A stretch of DNA of 64,000 nucleotides from the human T2T-CHM13v2.0 reference genome, Homo sapiens: assembly GCF_009914755.1 (NCBI RefSeq), contig NC_060927.1, one strand, 5' to 3'. The position numbers and the translations under genes are program-made. A model generated the notes under the pieces. It was not told the origin of the DNA. It saw nothing but the letters and a program-made list of their open reading frames with translations, and ran no database searches. Positions within the stretch are counted from its first letter, which is position 1; every line of letters begins with the position of its first letter. Shown one piece after another: positions 43,801-59,039 of this stretch.

Positions 43801-46409
43801 CATTCTGGTAATCATTGACATTTCAACGACTGAGAGTTCATAAGATTATTAATAAATGGATCTGTAGCTCAACTCAACTGCTTACCTTCAATTCACAAAT
43901 CTGCACCACAGTTGAGTGTCCTTTCACAGTGAAAAAACATTTAAAATAATTTCTGTACCAAGATAACCTCAGCAAAAGCAGACATCATCCAGGATGAAAT
44001 GTTTATTACATATATCCAAGCCTATTTGCTAATAGGGGCATAAGCACTTACTGAAGTAAATTCTTATAAAAGCTCATGTTACAACAACATAAAAATATTG
44101 CCCTTTCTCACAGGCAGTCAAGAGTTGAACAGATTTTATAGTTAGGGTCTAAAAAATTATAACCATCTACAAACTGCAATCGTTCTTCTAAAGACAGACG
44201 AAATACACTAGCAGGAAACATATAAAAGCCAAAGTAGCTGCTATAACCGATATCTTTAAAAAAAATGGGAGGTGGGAAATTTTAATTTTAAAAAATATAT
44301 TAATATTAACTTTTTAAACTGTTAGTATAATAGTGAAAACACAAGAAATGTCCCCAAGAGTTATTTAAGGGCTTTGTTCTCAAAAGTCATTACATTATTC
44401 CAATAAAGATGAAAGAGGTTATTTTCTCTAAATTATTTAGTTGTAAGGGTTAGCCTTCAGACAGGTGTTCTATTTATGCAGATGGCAAAATAAATTATTC
44501 AGAAATAGAGACAGGTAAAACAGATGGAAAAGCAGGGTAAACCAAGAAAGCCGTGAGCAGCTGCTTAATAGGCCCCCAGTAAAGCACCCAATTCTCTACC
44601 ATGGTCCAAGTTACCTTCTTAGGGACAGTTCGAGATACATACACTGTCATCCACGTCTCGAAAACTCCTTTGGGGCCTTGTATCCACTTCAGTGATATTG
44701 TTATTGTTATTAGAAAATCAGTCATCTAAAATTGTTTATGAAAACTTAATTTTAAGTGTCTTCACCTAGACCATAGAATACTCCTGTGGGCACTTTTCCT
44801 ACCAGATCTGAGAGTGAATTGCATTTCTAAATTACTTGAGGCTCTTTTTAAAAAGTAATTCTTCTATTCTAAACAAGAAGAGCTATATTAGACTTCCTCC
44901 TAGTATCTTTCATAAATTGATGGAGTTGCCTGTTAAGATCCTCTTTTAACAATAAAGGTCTGTTTCTTACTCCACTGATTCACTGATTCAACCCCTATAG
45001 GTAAGAGTGCCAGAAAGATCTACTTTTTGGTAAATTCTGCTCTAGGAGAATATTATAGTAGTGTGCCATCATACAGCATGGTGATCTTCTGAAGAAATTC
45101 TGGGGAATATCTGTTTACAAAAATGGACCATTAAGGGGAAAAAATGTTCAGGATGTGCATTCCTGCCTTGGTTCAGTTCATTTAATAATGCAAACAATTT
45201 AAAGACTACCCACTTAAGGGAGGTCAGTTCAGGCATAGGGGTTACAGGAACAGAGAGGAAGGAATGCTGAAGGAAAGAGCAGCAGCCTTCCCTAGAGTGA
45301 TACATTCTAGTCTGAATGCCAGGAGACCTGGCTCCTAGTCCCTACTCTGCCTTAATCTGGCCTTAAGACCAAGGCAAGTTAACTTCTCTCAGCTTCGGTG
45401 TTTTTATTCACTGAATGAGAAAGTCAGAATATTACCAAGGTCCCTTGAGCTCTTGTGCTCCATAAGTCTATATGAATTTGGAGAAGGGAAAAAGGTAGTC
45501 ATACATCCATAAATAAAACCACTTAATGTGCATTGCATGCATTAGTTTTTAATCTAATAGTTATTTCAGAGGACACATTTTTAGTTGTAAAGAAACAACT
45601 ATACATGCTTTTCACAAGTAGAGATAAGAAGAGGAAGGCTATGAAGTAAGTTTAAGATTCAGTCTTCTAAATGGTTTCTATGAGTTGAATGTTTGGTGCT
45701 GAGAAAGTTGACCATTCAAAAACTTGACTGAATTTTTCACTTTTTACTGAAACTTTTTTCATATGATGTAGCCATTGCCTTAAAAAAAACTTGTTTTGAA
45801 CCAGTGTCCAAAATGCTTGTCTAAATACTCCCTGATGTATTTCAAATGTTGAGTATTAAAGATGTCTTCACTGTTATTGCCATGTTGACTAAACACCATC
45901 TTAGCAATGAAAATTAACCCAGACCCTTATCTGGGCAATATCCAAACCGAATATTTCTGACTTTATTCACCCCTAAAACATTTTAATTTTAGCTCATGGC
46001 CAGCATTGTGAAAGGACTATTACTTCACTAGAGGAACTGATAGACTAAGAGGAGAAACAAATGTGTAAGCAAATAATTACAGCTCAGTGGACAGTCTGTG
46101 ATCATTATGCTGGCTTTGTGATGGCTTTAGATTTATTTCTGCCCCTATTCAATGTTCTGTCTTTAAAAAAAACTTGCTGTTATAGCTTAATACGTTTATG
46201 TCAGAAGTATATTTTATATCATTTCTGCATATAGAAAATCAACAATAGCAAGTCATATAAATTAAATATATAACCACTGAAGTAAATATATTTGTTGTAA
46301 ATTATCACAAAACCTCCTGCACATCATCAACAGAATTCATAAAATAGAGATGGGCCTTATTGATCATGCTAAGGATCCTGGGCTTTTTCTTAAATAATTT
46401 ATTCTTTCC

Positions 46410-46815
46410 TTCATTTAAAGAATACATATTGAGTACTTATTAGGTGCCAAGCACTATTCTCTGTGGTGATAACAATGATAACAATCTATTTAGGGACTTC
46501 AAACAGCATGACAGCATTTAGACAGTTTGGTTTCTAATTTGGTTTGGAAGATTAATTGAAAGGACATTGAGACTAAGAGACCAGGGTTAGTTAGATGTCT
46601 ACTGCAAGGCCAGACAAAATAAAGACCCAAATAATGAAAGTAATAGTTGCCATGGAGATGGAGATAATCACTTCAGGGTATGAGTAAGAGATGAAGTCAA
46701 TAGGACTTGGGGACTATTTAGCTGTAGGGAGTAAGGAAGAGAAAGAAAGGTGTCAAGGTGATCACCAGGTTTCTGGCTTGCATGAGTGAGTGCAGCTTGG
46801 TATCACATTCCTGAT
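46410..46815 (-). mobile_element. L2 fragments
   Basis: ATTGAGTACTTATTAGGTGCCAAGCACT; TCAAGGTGATCACCAGGTTTCTGGCTTG. Confidence 0.65.
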
Positions 46816-49014
46816 TCATCTCGTATCAGGAATGTTTAATGGATCATTAAAGGTTGTTATCTCCACCTTAGAGATTTACTGATGAGATATTATGGTATTA
46901 AGTTCTCTATGCACTATTATAAGGGTAAGTTTACCAAAATAACTATGTGGATTTGGTGGACTGGGGCCAGGAGATAAATTGAATCAATTGTCTTAAGACA
47001 TGAAGTAGATCCCAAACTGCATTTTGTCTTTCTGAAAATTGAATTCACTCAAAGACTTTGTGCACAAACCATCTAAGATGGCCATAGACTCAAGACTAAA
47101 CTCACTTGACTGTCTAGAAAGAAACAAAAATCCAAGACTGAATAAATAATGTGGTCTTTGACTTGCTCATTCTCCTTTTAAAGAAAAAAATAAAAATTGT
47201 TGCAAATGATGAGGAACAAATGGTAAAATCATTAATACTCCAGATAATGTCACTGGAAACATGTCCGCATCCTTCAGGTGTGGCCTCCACTTCTGCTGCC
47301 TCGGTCAACAATAGATATTCCTGGTGAAGCAAGCAAAGGTATAAAGATACCTAATTATTACTCAGAACAGAGATGTCAGTCAACACAGCGAAGACAGCCA
47401 CGTCGACCTTCTGTCAACAAGAAGAGGATCCGGTTACAGTTGCTCTTTGCTGCATGATCCAACAGGTTATTATCCAGCCACTCTTTAGAGTAAAAGTAAA
47501 TAAGTCAAATAAATGGTCACTTTCAGTAAATTGACATATACATTATGAGACACTATGTGCCTACTCTTAAGGTAATTACTTTCACCATTAAAAACCATTA
47601 TTTATAATCTTCTAGGTAGGGCATATTGAAAGTTGGAGATTTATGGATATGATTGATAGAGTGGGGTGGAAAGTCAGAAAGCAGAAAAACACTAAGGTTG
47701 TTTAAATGTTTAGGATCTCAGTATTTCTGAAATACTTTTTATAGAGATGAGATCCAGAGAGGATAAATGACAGGCATAACTAGAAAGTGGCAAGATTTGG
47801 GGGGAAGACCCAGACATGCTGATGTCTAATTCATTTCACACCAACAAAAAGCAGTTTTCCTGACTGTCTCCAGGCATGCATCCAGCTTTTAGCTATTAAA
47901 TTCAAACATATATCTACTCTTTAGGAAGACCAGAGCCTATACCCACAACCCCAGGCAGTCATCTTTCACATATGGTTCCAATAGTATTGTTGGGAAAACA
48001 GCTCAAAGTGCCAAAGACATTTAGGCAGGATCCAAAGCATCGCCTTTATATAGAAAGCACAATGCATTGAATTTTTTTAACGTATCTATTAATTTCTACA
48101 GGGAGTTCTTAGAATTTCATTGTAACAAAATCGACACTTCACCATTAATGAAAGAATGACTTTTAAGCAAATCTTTGATCCAGGAAAATCATTCTGGTTC
48201 TGTGAAAGAGCTAGTGTGCATAGGTTTACAAAAATGAACCTAATATTGAAACACTTCACAGAATCTCACTCCAGAAAGTGGGGCTCAAAATGGCTAATCA
48301 GAAATTTTTTCCTCCCAGAATTGCCTTTTAAAGAAAGCTAACCACAGACCCCACTGACTTTTTAATGCTAACATAATTCAGAAGCTTTTCTTCTGCAGGA
48401 AAGTTAGAAGTCTATCTTAATAGTGCCTGGGGCTAGGGAGTTGAAATTAAATGTTATTTAGATATCTCTATGAGCAAGAAAAGAAACACTCTAAATACCT
48501 GACTGAATTTTTTAATCCTTGAAGAAATATATGATATATATCAAATGTGTATATATATGATATATATAAATTTTATAGTTTAATGTATATAAAAGATTCA
48601 TTAAAGGTTGCTATCAATTGATTCCATTTATCTTGTGGTCTCAACTCACCAATATCCACATAGTTATTTTGATAAACTTACCCTTATATTAGTGCATAGT
48701 GAATCTAACATCATAATATCTCATCAGTAAATCTTTAAGGTGGAGATAACAATCTTTAATGATCTTAAAGTTATATGTAAAAGATTATATATGATATATA
48801 AATTTGACAGTTATGCTATATATCTATAACCATATATAGTTATGCTATATATAGTTATACTACATATCTATAAATATAGTTATGCTATATATAGTATATA
48901 TATTTGTTTTAACTATCTTTTTATGGTTATAGCTATATATATAGCAAAACTATATCAAATTTAATATCACAGTCCTTGGACAACTACAAAAGCTAGATGG
49001 TACCAGTCTCGTTT

Positions 49015-49720
49015 TTTTAATGAATGTATGAGAGCCTACTATGTGCCAAGCCTGGTGCTCAAAGAATGATAGAGAAATAAATAAACATGATCACCAACTC
49101 CCAAAGACTTTATAATGTAATGGAAAAGACAGCTGTAACAATAAGAAATAGAAAGAGGTACTGAACATGAAAGTATTTACATTCTGCCCTAGAACTGTGT
49201 TAGTGAGTCCTCTCTTGATGTGGAGAATACAAGGAAGTATTTTGAAATCCTCTCTATGTGCAATAAGTCATTTGTTCAATCATTTAACCTTTCTTTGAGC
49301 AAATATTTATTGAGTATCGACTACATGAACAAAACAAAGGGCCTAGCCTAACAAAGCTTCATTCTAGTGAAAGAAGACAGATAATAAGCAAGCAAACAAA
49401 ATAAAGACAAATAAATTATGTGACTCTTTTCTCAGTAACAATACTATGGAAAAACATCACTAGGGCAAATAGGATATACAGCATGCAAGGGTGTAAGAGC
49501 AGGCCCCACTGACGAGACCTGCGCTGAAGAGGAGGTATTAAAGGAGCAAACCATGTGGGTATTTAGGAAAACGGTATTCAAGACAGCAGGTGCAATAGCC
49601 CAGGGACACACCAGGAAGGCCTATCTGTCTGTAGCAGAATGCGCACAGAGCAGAGTGGTAGAATGTGAAGTTAGACAAGTAATTGGAAAATAGATGCAGA
49701 TTTAGAACATCTTCACTAAC
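49015..49720 (-). mobile_element. L2 3' fragments (two)
   Basis: CCTACTATGTGCCAAGCCTGGTGCT and CAAATATTTATTGAGTATCGACTA blocks. Confidence 0.7.
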
Positions 49721-52700
49721 AAGAGTCACTAACTTGAATATTAGGTCATATGCTTATACGAACTTTCATTATGTCTAGTAGGCAAACAGTAAATTGGTAA
49801 AATCACAACAGATGTGCTTAGAAGACTTCAGAGGAAAGGTACATCAAAATTAATATTTTAGTCCCTAACAACCTAGTCATACTTTACAGAAGAGTTGACT
49901 AAGGAACCATGATTAATAAACATAGAAGGAAAAAGAATAAAATGAGTAAAATGTGATGCCAACTTTTAAGAAACTCTCAGTTCAGTAGATGTCTCTGACC
50001 CTTACAAAAACCTAAAGAATTAAGTATTATTACCCCCATTTTAATTGAGGAAACTGATGTAAGTAGCTTGCTCTAAATTACATACAGGGTGAACAAACCA
50101 GAATTTAATACCAAAATATTAAATCTTCAAGTCTTGCGAGTTTTCATTCTAAAATGACCTACTTAAAAACATCACTTTTTCTCTTGGCCCTACCTTTGTA
50201 GAAATTGACATAAACAAATTCACTTTGAAAGAAAGTAATGTAAAATATAACTTTTATAACTGTGTGCTTATTTATAGAAGAATGAGAACTAAAGGTAGAA
50301 TGTTTTAAATTGTGTCTATAAGATCTTAATTAGTTTGATACTGTGGAAAATATGTCTCTATATTACATTCAAAAGTACCCATAATTTGTTGCAGAAAAGT
50401 TCATTTTGTGATATAATAAGAGGAAAAAAAAGATGGGAATTTCTGTTGTCTAGCAATTTTTATTGGTTGAGCAATCTATATGGAATGAACTCTTTTTCAA
50501 AAGAAAAAAATTAAAACTAGCAGAACTCCACTTTCCCATTAGATTTTTTTAAAAATCCCTAAGATTTGTTTTCAAATATAAAGAAAACTGTTAAATAATT
50601 CTTTCCTAATATTCTGTGCTGTCCCACAGAGGACCTGATTAGAAGGTTTCAGAGAGAAACAAGTACAGTAAAATTAAGAATAAAGGTAGATTTTACTTAA
50701 TAAGCTAATTTCTTGTAGTCTATATTATTGCAACAATAAACTATATATAAAGTGAAAATTCACTTTCTTCTATGTGTGTCTTCTTGCAATCTCATGGGGT
50801 AGGGTGCCTCAGGAAGAAGACTTCACTATCTTTTTAAAAAAATTTTAATTTTTTTAAGTGTATGTGTTCATTCACAACTGTTATGTTACCAGCTCCTTCC
50901 TTGAGTAGCTGAAATTTCCCCTGGAGTTAGATGTTCCTCTTCTTTTTCATGCTTTGTAATCAGATAAGCAAGGGAGATCACAAATGTTCTTTCCCAGCCC
51001 TGGGGCTGTATCAGGAAAAAAAGGCTACTTTCTTTGCCTTAGCTTGCCATATGCATTTTCACATCATGAGTTCTTTACTGCTTGAAAAATTAACACAAGT
51101 GAATCCCTTTAACTGGCCCTGACTGGCTGAATTCAGGAAAGGTGCCAATTATACAATATTCCTGATTTCCAGAGTTCACAAAGTACACATTGTCTGAGAG
51201 ATAGACACACTCTATTTTCTGATTTACTTTTAAAGATATATACCTAAGCAATAAAACATCTCAGAATATTTTTATTAAGTGATCCTTGACTCATTAAGTG
51301 TTTATTGTTCCGAATGTAGCAGAAATACTGACTGGGAAAGGGAAGACCCAAATTCTAGTTTTCTCATAGTAAAATTAGTGATGGTGGTAGTGGTATGTCT
51401 ATAAGGTCCCCTCCAGATCTAAGATTCCCAAAGCTGTGCTGGCCACTGATGAGCTTCTTTCTCTGATGTCCAGCTTTGCCATTTATCTATAACATTGTCT
51501 TTAAGCAATGGTGAACTGTTTTACTGAATCCCTGTCCTAGCATTTCTGGGGAATATTCCAGTTAAGCGGCAGTGCCATTTATCAGGGAAAAGATGTGGTA
51601 AGTTGCTGTTACCAACTTAGAGAATTTACTTTTACTCAGTTATTTCCTAAGATGGATATGCACTTTTCTCTAACTTTGGGAAGGGGGATACAGAAGAACA
51701 AGGCTTATATTTTAACTTTTAATTCCTCCAAATGTAAATGTAGACACATTTGTATCTCTGTAAACTTTTTAAAAACTATTCTCATTATTTCAACAATTTA
51801 ATTTAAAATATGTTTGGAGGCAACTGTTCCAGATATGACAGAATTTTCAGTGACTCATTTTCTGACATTTTCAACAAGTATATAGCCACAAGGAAGGTTG
51901 AAGTTTGGCAGTAGTCTTTTGAAACCACAGCTCTCTTGAACAAGCTTTAAATTGTCTTGACTACACAAGGTACTAGTGCAATGAAGTCAATTCTGCAATC
52001 CCAGTGAAATGTTCAAGTTTTCTATTTTCTTTTAATTGACTTTGAACAGCAGTTTATATTTTCTGAATGAATAGGTGATTTTTTGGCTATTCTTACTAGT
52101 TTCTCATTTTATTGCTTTACAATCAGAGAATATGGTCTATATGATTTCTGCTTTCTGCAATTAATTGAGATTTTCTTTATAGACCAACAGTACATGGTTG
52201 GTTAATTTTCTATGCTATTTATGTTTGACAAGACAGTATATTCATTCCTTTTTGGATACAAAGTTAAACATTAAACATGTTAACAGTGTTATTTAAAACT
52301 CTAGAGCCTTTCTTGTTTTTATCTAATTGTTCTGTTATTTTCTAGGGCACTGTCTCCCACTATAATAGAAGATTCAGCCTTTTTTTCTTTGCATGTTTAG
52401 CTGTTCTTGATTTACCTCCTTTAAAGCTATACTGTCAGGTACAAAATGTCCATGACTGTTATATATTCTTGGAGATTTTTTCCTTTCCTCAGTGTGAAAT
52501 ATCCCTCTTTGTCACTTTGGCTTTTTTACCTGACTTCTGTTTTGTCTCAGGTTAACTTAAAAATACTTAAACTTTATTTTTTGTTAGTGTCAAGCTGCTA
52601 TCTATTTCTTGACTTTTTAATTTTTCTAATTAATTTATTTTGGATATCTGTTATCAATAAAATATAGCTAGATTTTTTTAACCCAAACTGAGAGTGAAAG

Positions 52701-54624
52701 TAATAGGAATACATTTCTTATAATTTCTTATGTGTGGACTTCTTCTTGCCATAGTAATTTAAATTTTGTTTATCTTGTTTTGTTATAGATTGGATTTTTC
52801 TCAATTTTGTTGTACTGATTAAAGCTGTTGTAGAATTATTTTATTAATTTGGAGATAGAAAGATTTGTTCTACTGGCTTTTCTACACAGTTCAAAGGTTA
52901 TGCATTCTATTCCAATTTTTCCCACCTTTACCCTTATATTTCTAAGATATATACTTAATGTGTATTTTCTATCAGTGGCAAAATTTAATTATAAGTGAGA
53001 AGCCTTAACATACTTTCATGATGCTATTCAGGTCATCTATTAAGTTTTTTATTGTGACCTCAATTTTGAAAAACTATTTTATTTTTTAAATTGATAATAC
53101 ACCACATAGAAAAAAATTAAAAGGTACAAAGAGGAATACAATCAAATCTGTCTCTCTTCCATCTCTGTTCCCTAGGCTTTCAGCTCACTTCCCCAGAGGT
53201 GACTACTAGTACTGATTTCTTGTGTATTCTCACAGAGATAGTTTGTGCATTTACAGCCTTGTAGTCAAATTTTTTTTTAAAGACAATGGTATCATATTCT
53301 ATACACTGTTCTGTGTGTTTTGTGTTTTATGTATATATTTTGCTTTTGTTCTCAGCAATATATTTTGGACATCTTTTAATATAAACATAGGAAACCCTTT
53401 TTTGGTCTGATTGTTTTTTGCTTTTTTTAAAAAAACTGTTTTAAAAGGAAATATATTTATTAAAGAAGTGAGATATCCATGTTTAAAAAAAAATTAAGAC
53501 ACACAGTGAAAACTCTAGCTTCTACTCTCTGTCCACTTTCCAGCATCAAACAAGGAAATCACTATTTTCATTTTCTTGCATTTTTCTATTGTTCCAGAGT
53601 TTTTCTGTACAAGTACAATACAAATGTATATATTTTCCTCCTCCTCACTCACAAAAGATAATATAATATAGTTGCTCTTTGAACAACATAGACTTGAACT
53701 GTGTGCGTTCACTTACATGCAAATTTGTTTCAGTAAATATATAAGAAAGTTTTTTTAAAAATTTGTGACAATTCAGAGACTTGCAGACAAATCACATAGC
53801 CTAGAAACAGCGAAAAATTATGAAAAAGTTAAGTGGTGAATGTATAAAATATACATAGATAGTAATGTATTTTATTATTAACTATCATGAAACATACACA
53901 TATCTATTAAGTTAAAATTTATCAAAACTTAAATCCACAAACATAGACCATACATGGCACCATTTGCAGTCCAGAGAAATGTGAATATAAAGGTGCAGTA
54001 TTAAATCATAACTGCATAAAGTTAACTGTAGTACATACTGTACTACTGTTATAATTTCATTGCTACCTCCCATTGCTATTGTGGTGAGCTCAGGTTACTA
54101 GTTATTAGTGTTTATTTCAAATGTTGTGTGCTGTGTGAGGCTAATCATCTCCACTTGAGTAGTTCCTCTCTCCACTAAATAGCGTATTGCAATAAAAAGT
54201 GATCTCTCCCACTTCTCAGATATTTGTCATCATATTTAGTGCAACACTGTAAACTTTGAATAACACTATGAGACTCATACAAAGTGCCACTAGTGATGCT
54301 GGTAGTGCTTCCAAAAAGCAGACGAAAGTCATGACATCGCAAGGAAAAAAATTGGCAGATATGAACTATAGACTGAAGTTTGCAGCTACAGTTGCCCGCC
54401 ATGTCAGTACAATATCAATGAATATAATACAGTACTGTAAATGTATCTTCTCTTCCTTATGATTTTCTTGATAATACCTTTTTCCTCTGGTTTGTTTTTT
54501 TGTAAGGATACAGTATATAACATACAAAATATGTTTTAATTGATCATTGATGTGATTGGTAAGGCTTCTGGTCAAGAGTACGCCATTAGTTGTTAAGTCT
54601 TGGGGGAACCAAACGTTATACGTG

Positions 54625-54881
54625 GGGAACAGAAAACCAAGTATCTCATGTTCTCACTTATAAGTGGGAGCTAAACACTGAGTACACATGAACACAAAGA
54701 AGGAAACAACAGACACTGAGGCCTACTTGAGGATGGAGGGCGGGAGGAGGGTGAGGATGGAAAAACTACCTGTTGGACATTTACATTACCTGGGTGATAA
54801 AATAATCTGTACAACAAACTCCCACTACACATAATTTACCTAGGAAACAAACCTGCACATGTATCCCTGAACTAAAAATAA
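54625..54881 (+). mobile_element. L1PA15/16-like 3' end; tail continues at 55183-55220
   Basis: ATGTTCTCACTTATAAGTGGGAGCTAAAC...AACCTGCACATGTATCCCTGAACTAAAAATAA; diverged TSD CAAACGTTATACGTGG / CAAAAGTTAGTTGTGG. Confidence 0.85.
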
Positions 54882-55182
<301 letters not shown>

Positions 55183-56669
55183 GAAAATAAAAAATAAAAC
55201 AATTAAAAACACACACACACAAAAGTTAGTTGTGGTTTTTCACCTGTGTGAGGAGTTGTCTCTAAATTTCATGTTGTTCAAGGGTCAACTGTATATACTT
55301 GCCTTTTCATGTAACAAGATATTTGCAGAGAACTTTCAATATTTTACCCATATAGTTTCTACATTCATTTTTACAATGCCATGGCACTTCATCATTTGAG
55401 TGTACAATACTTTATTTAATCAGTCTGCTATTAATAAACATTTGTTTTTTGTCTTTTTGCAATTACAAAAATGCTTCAATAAATACCTTTTTTCATATAT
55501 TATTTTACTCACTTCGCAAGTATATCTGTCCAAATAAATCACTTAAGTGCAAGAATATCTGTAGGATAAATTTCCATATGTGGAATAGTGCTATCTTCTT
55601 AATGTACAGTTTTTCCTTCTATGGATGTTCTATACTTTACTGAACCAGTTTCTTATTGATAGATATTTGGATTGTTTTCAATATTGTGCTAATATGAAAA
55701 ATTATGCAATTAATTTCCTTGTATATACACAAGTGAAATTTCATTTGGGTGCATACATATCTGCAAGGTAGCTTCCCAGATGTATGATTGCTGGGTCAAA
55801 GTCACTGTATAACCTGATATGTATTGCCTAACTTCTCTCACTGCCCTTCATGTAGACTTTACTGATCTTACTCTCACCAGTAACATTTAGGAGGTTTATT
55901 TTGTCTATCTCTGACCAAATCAATGTGCTATCAAAGCATTCCAACTTTTTAATCTTATAGGTGAAAAGTGTTATCTAATTGTACTTTTAGTTTGCATTTT
56001 TCATAGTATGAATGAAGTTGGGTATATTTTCAAATATTTAAGAATCACTTATATCTTCTTGCCTTTGCCTATTTTTCTATTATATTGTTAGCTTTTTTAT
56101 TGATTTATAAGAATCCTTCATATATTGAGGATATTGATCTTGTGTAACAAATATTTAATCTCCAAAATCTCTCATTATTTATTGTTGGTAGATGCAATAA
56201 TTCCTTGGAACTTTCTACTATTAGGTGTACTTATTTTAAATTATTCTTCTGTTTGTTCTCTTACTCCAAGAATGTGGGCTAATCTTTAAAAATTCCTGTT
56301 TATCTGTTTTCTGTGTTTACTCTAAGCCAGACTCAGTGATTATGGAGGAAAGATAGAATGTACTGTCAGGTAATATTTTATGTCTTGGGTATAGAATCTC
56401 CACGTCCTTCCTGAGGGGAGAGAAGTAAATGCCTCGGGCAATACTCTGCCCCTCTGGCCCCAGAGCCCCGCCACGTTAGCCTGTGGGCCAGTTCAGCTGC
56501 TGCCTACCTTAGCATACATAGATAAGAGAAGAGGCAGGGACTGCCCTGTCACAACAGTGGGGCTGCCAATTACACATTCTGATGTGTGTCTGGGGACCCT
56601 TCCTTCTCCTTGTAACCACTGACTCTGAGCTTGGGCTTCCCCAGAATTGTTTCTACCTAGGGATAAGTA

Positions 56670-57440
56670 CAGACGTACTTCTTTTTAGTATGTTTTGCTT
56701 TATCATGCTTCGCAAACACTGCATTTTTTATAAATTGAAAGTTTGTGGCAACCCTGCATCGAGCAAATATATTGGCACCGTTTTTCCAAGAGTATGTACT
56801 CACTTCGTGTCTGTGTCACTTTTCATAATTCTTGCAATATTTCAGATGTTTTCATTATCATATCTAGTATGTGGATCTGTTATCAGTGATCTCTGATGTT
56901 ACTACTGTAGTTGTTTTGGAGTGCCACGAACCATGCTTGTATAAGACAGTGAACTTAATAGGTAAATATTGTATGCATTCTGACAGCTCCACCGACTAAT
57001 GGTTCCCCCATCTGTCCCTTTTCTTGGCCCTCCTGATTCCCTGAGATAACAACAAAATTGAAATTAGGCCAATGTCCTCTATGTCTTCATGTGAAGGAAG
57101 AGTTGCACATCTCTCACTTTAAATCAAAAACTGTGAGGTAGACATGTCAAAAGCTGAGAGAGGTTGAAAGCTAGGCCACAAGCAAAAGATGATGATTCAC
57201 TGAAGGCTCAGATAATCGTGAGCTTTTTTTTTTTTTTAAGCAATAAGGTCTTTTTAAATTAAGGTATGTACTTTTTTTAGACATAATGCTATTGCACACT
57301 TAATAGACTATAATACAATGTAAACGTAACTTTTAAATGCACTGAGAAACCAAAAAAATGTGTGTAACTGACTTTTCTATGGTATTTGTTCTATTGCAAC
57401 AGTCTGGAACTAAACCCGCAATATCTCCAACGTATGGCTC
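56670..57440 (+). mobile_element. Tigger1, internally deleted
   Basis: 5' end CAGACGTACTT...AAATTGAAAGTTTGTGGCAACCCTGCATCGAGC; 3' end CCCGCAATATCTCCAACGTATGGCTC; TA flanks; transposase body missing at a junction near 57180. Confidence 0.88.
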
Positions 57441-59039
57441 TACTCTTTTGTGCATGTTTTGGGCCATATTTTCTACAGATTATTTCTCCCATAATTTTAT
57501 CCTATATAGTCATTTTGTTTGGTGGGTTGATTTTTTGTTGTTGTTTGTTTTAATATTGAGGAATCCTCAAGATTTGTGTCTGCTATTATCACTTTCTTGA
57601 TCATAAAAATAAGTAAGCATACTTACTGACGTTTCAGTTTGAAATACTGTTTCTCTCATTTTGTGGCTTTTTTTTTTTTTTTTTTGGCAACAAGAGAAAT
57701 GTGTGCTCAGGATACAACCTTAATAAAACCTCCCCAAATTGTCTTGAAAACCCAAAAGGTGGGAACACTACCTACCTTTCCAACTGTACGGCTTTGCCCG
57801 TTCTAGGCTTCTTGAGGTCAGAGTTGATAATATCTACAAACTTGGGACTTACTTAACATGGCGTCTGGCTCATAAGAGAAATTCAATAAATGTTTATTGC
57901 ATGATGAAAGGAAGGAAAGAAGGAAGGAAGAAAAGAAGAAAGGAATTTTAAGAATTATTTCTATTAGAGTCAACTCAACATGTTTTTATTGAGTATATTA
58001 CTACATGCCAGGCCCCTCTAGGCACAAGTGTTATAAATCTGAATAAAACACTTTTCTTGCCCTCCTAAAGCATGTGTGTATAAGCAGGGGAGATTAGAAG
58101 CATACTTCCTAAAGTCTAAGGTTAATATCCTCAGAAAAAAAAAACTGATATAAATATATTGTAACTAAATCAGGCTCTAGAGGAGAACAGAGAAGGTAAA
58201 TACTTGGTAATTTGGACAAATAGAGAAGCTATTTCTAGGTGACTAAAACTAGAGGTGGAGGAGGGAGAGAACAGAGGTCTAAACCATATGTTTTATTACA
58301 GGCACAGGAAAGGTTTTGCAGATGTATCGCCAATCTTTCCATATACTCTCAGTCATAAAAAGGAGCAATAACGGCATATTTTTAAAAGAGTTTAAAAGTA
58401 AAGTTTCTTGGAAATACAGATGACAGATAAACTATAGCAGGCAAGAATTATTTCAAATATTAAAATAATCTTCTGAACTTTGTTAATTTTAAAGTAAATT
58501 TTACTTTGAAACACATTAGGCTCGTGCTTTTAGGAAAATGGTTTAAAATTAGCAAGCAAGAGGTTTGCTTTTCTGGTGGGTGCTCCATTCTGAAAAACTT
58601 AATAGCTCACTTCTGTTCTCCACCATGAATAAATTCTCTAGCGTGAACAGTTCTCACTGGCTTAGACTGACACAAGAGCAGGGGCAGGATCCCTGCAACC
58701 AGGATACTGGGAAGCGATGGGAGGGGTGGACGATAAAAGGAAAGCAGACAGCAGGGAGGCCAAGAGAAGAGAGATTCTTGTGCACCCATCTGAGGTTGAT
58801 CTGAGGATCCAAAAGGTGACAATGCACTGAACTCTAAAAGTATGTTTTCCAACATCCTCCAAATGTTGCCTTCTCATACTCTATGGCATGTGAGATTGGG
58901 TTCTTTCTGATAAATAAGCCTACCTGCATGCACAGACAGATCCTGTAAAGCACAGCAGTGGGGCGGCATACAGAGCTGTCCGGCACATGGCCATCTTTTT
59001 GCAGGATGGCGTGAGATGAGAACAGAGAGGAACTGTAGG

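Noticed and set aside
46647-46660. RFX X-box GTTGCCATGGAGAT
   Set aside because: An isolated motif inside an L2 relic with no supporting context.
58950-59010. CTCF and YY1 sites
   Set aside because: The CTCF match is imperfect and a single GCCATCTT is too common to support a call.
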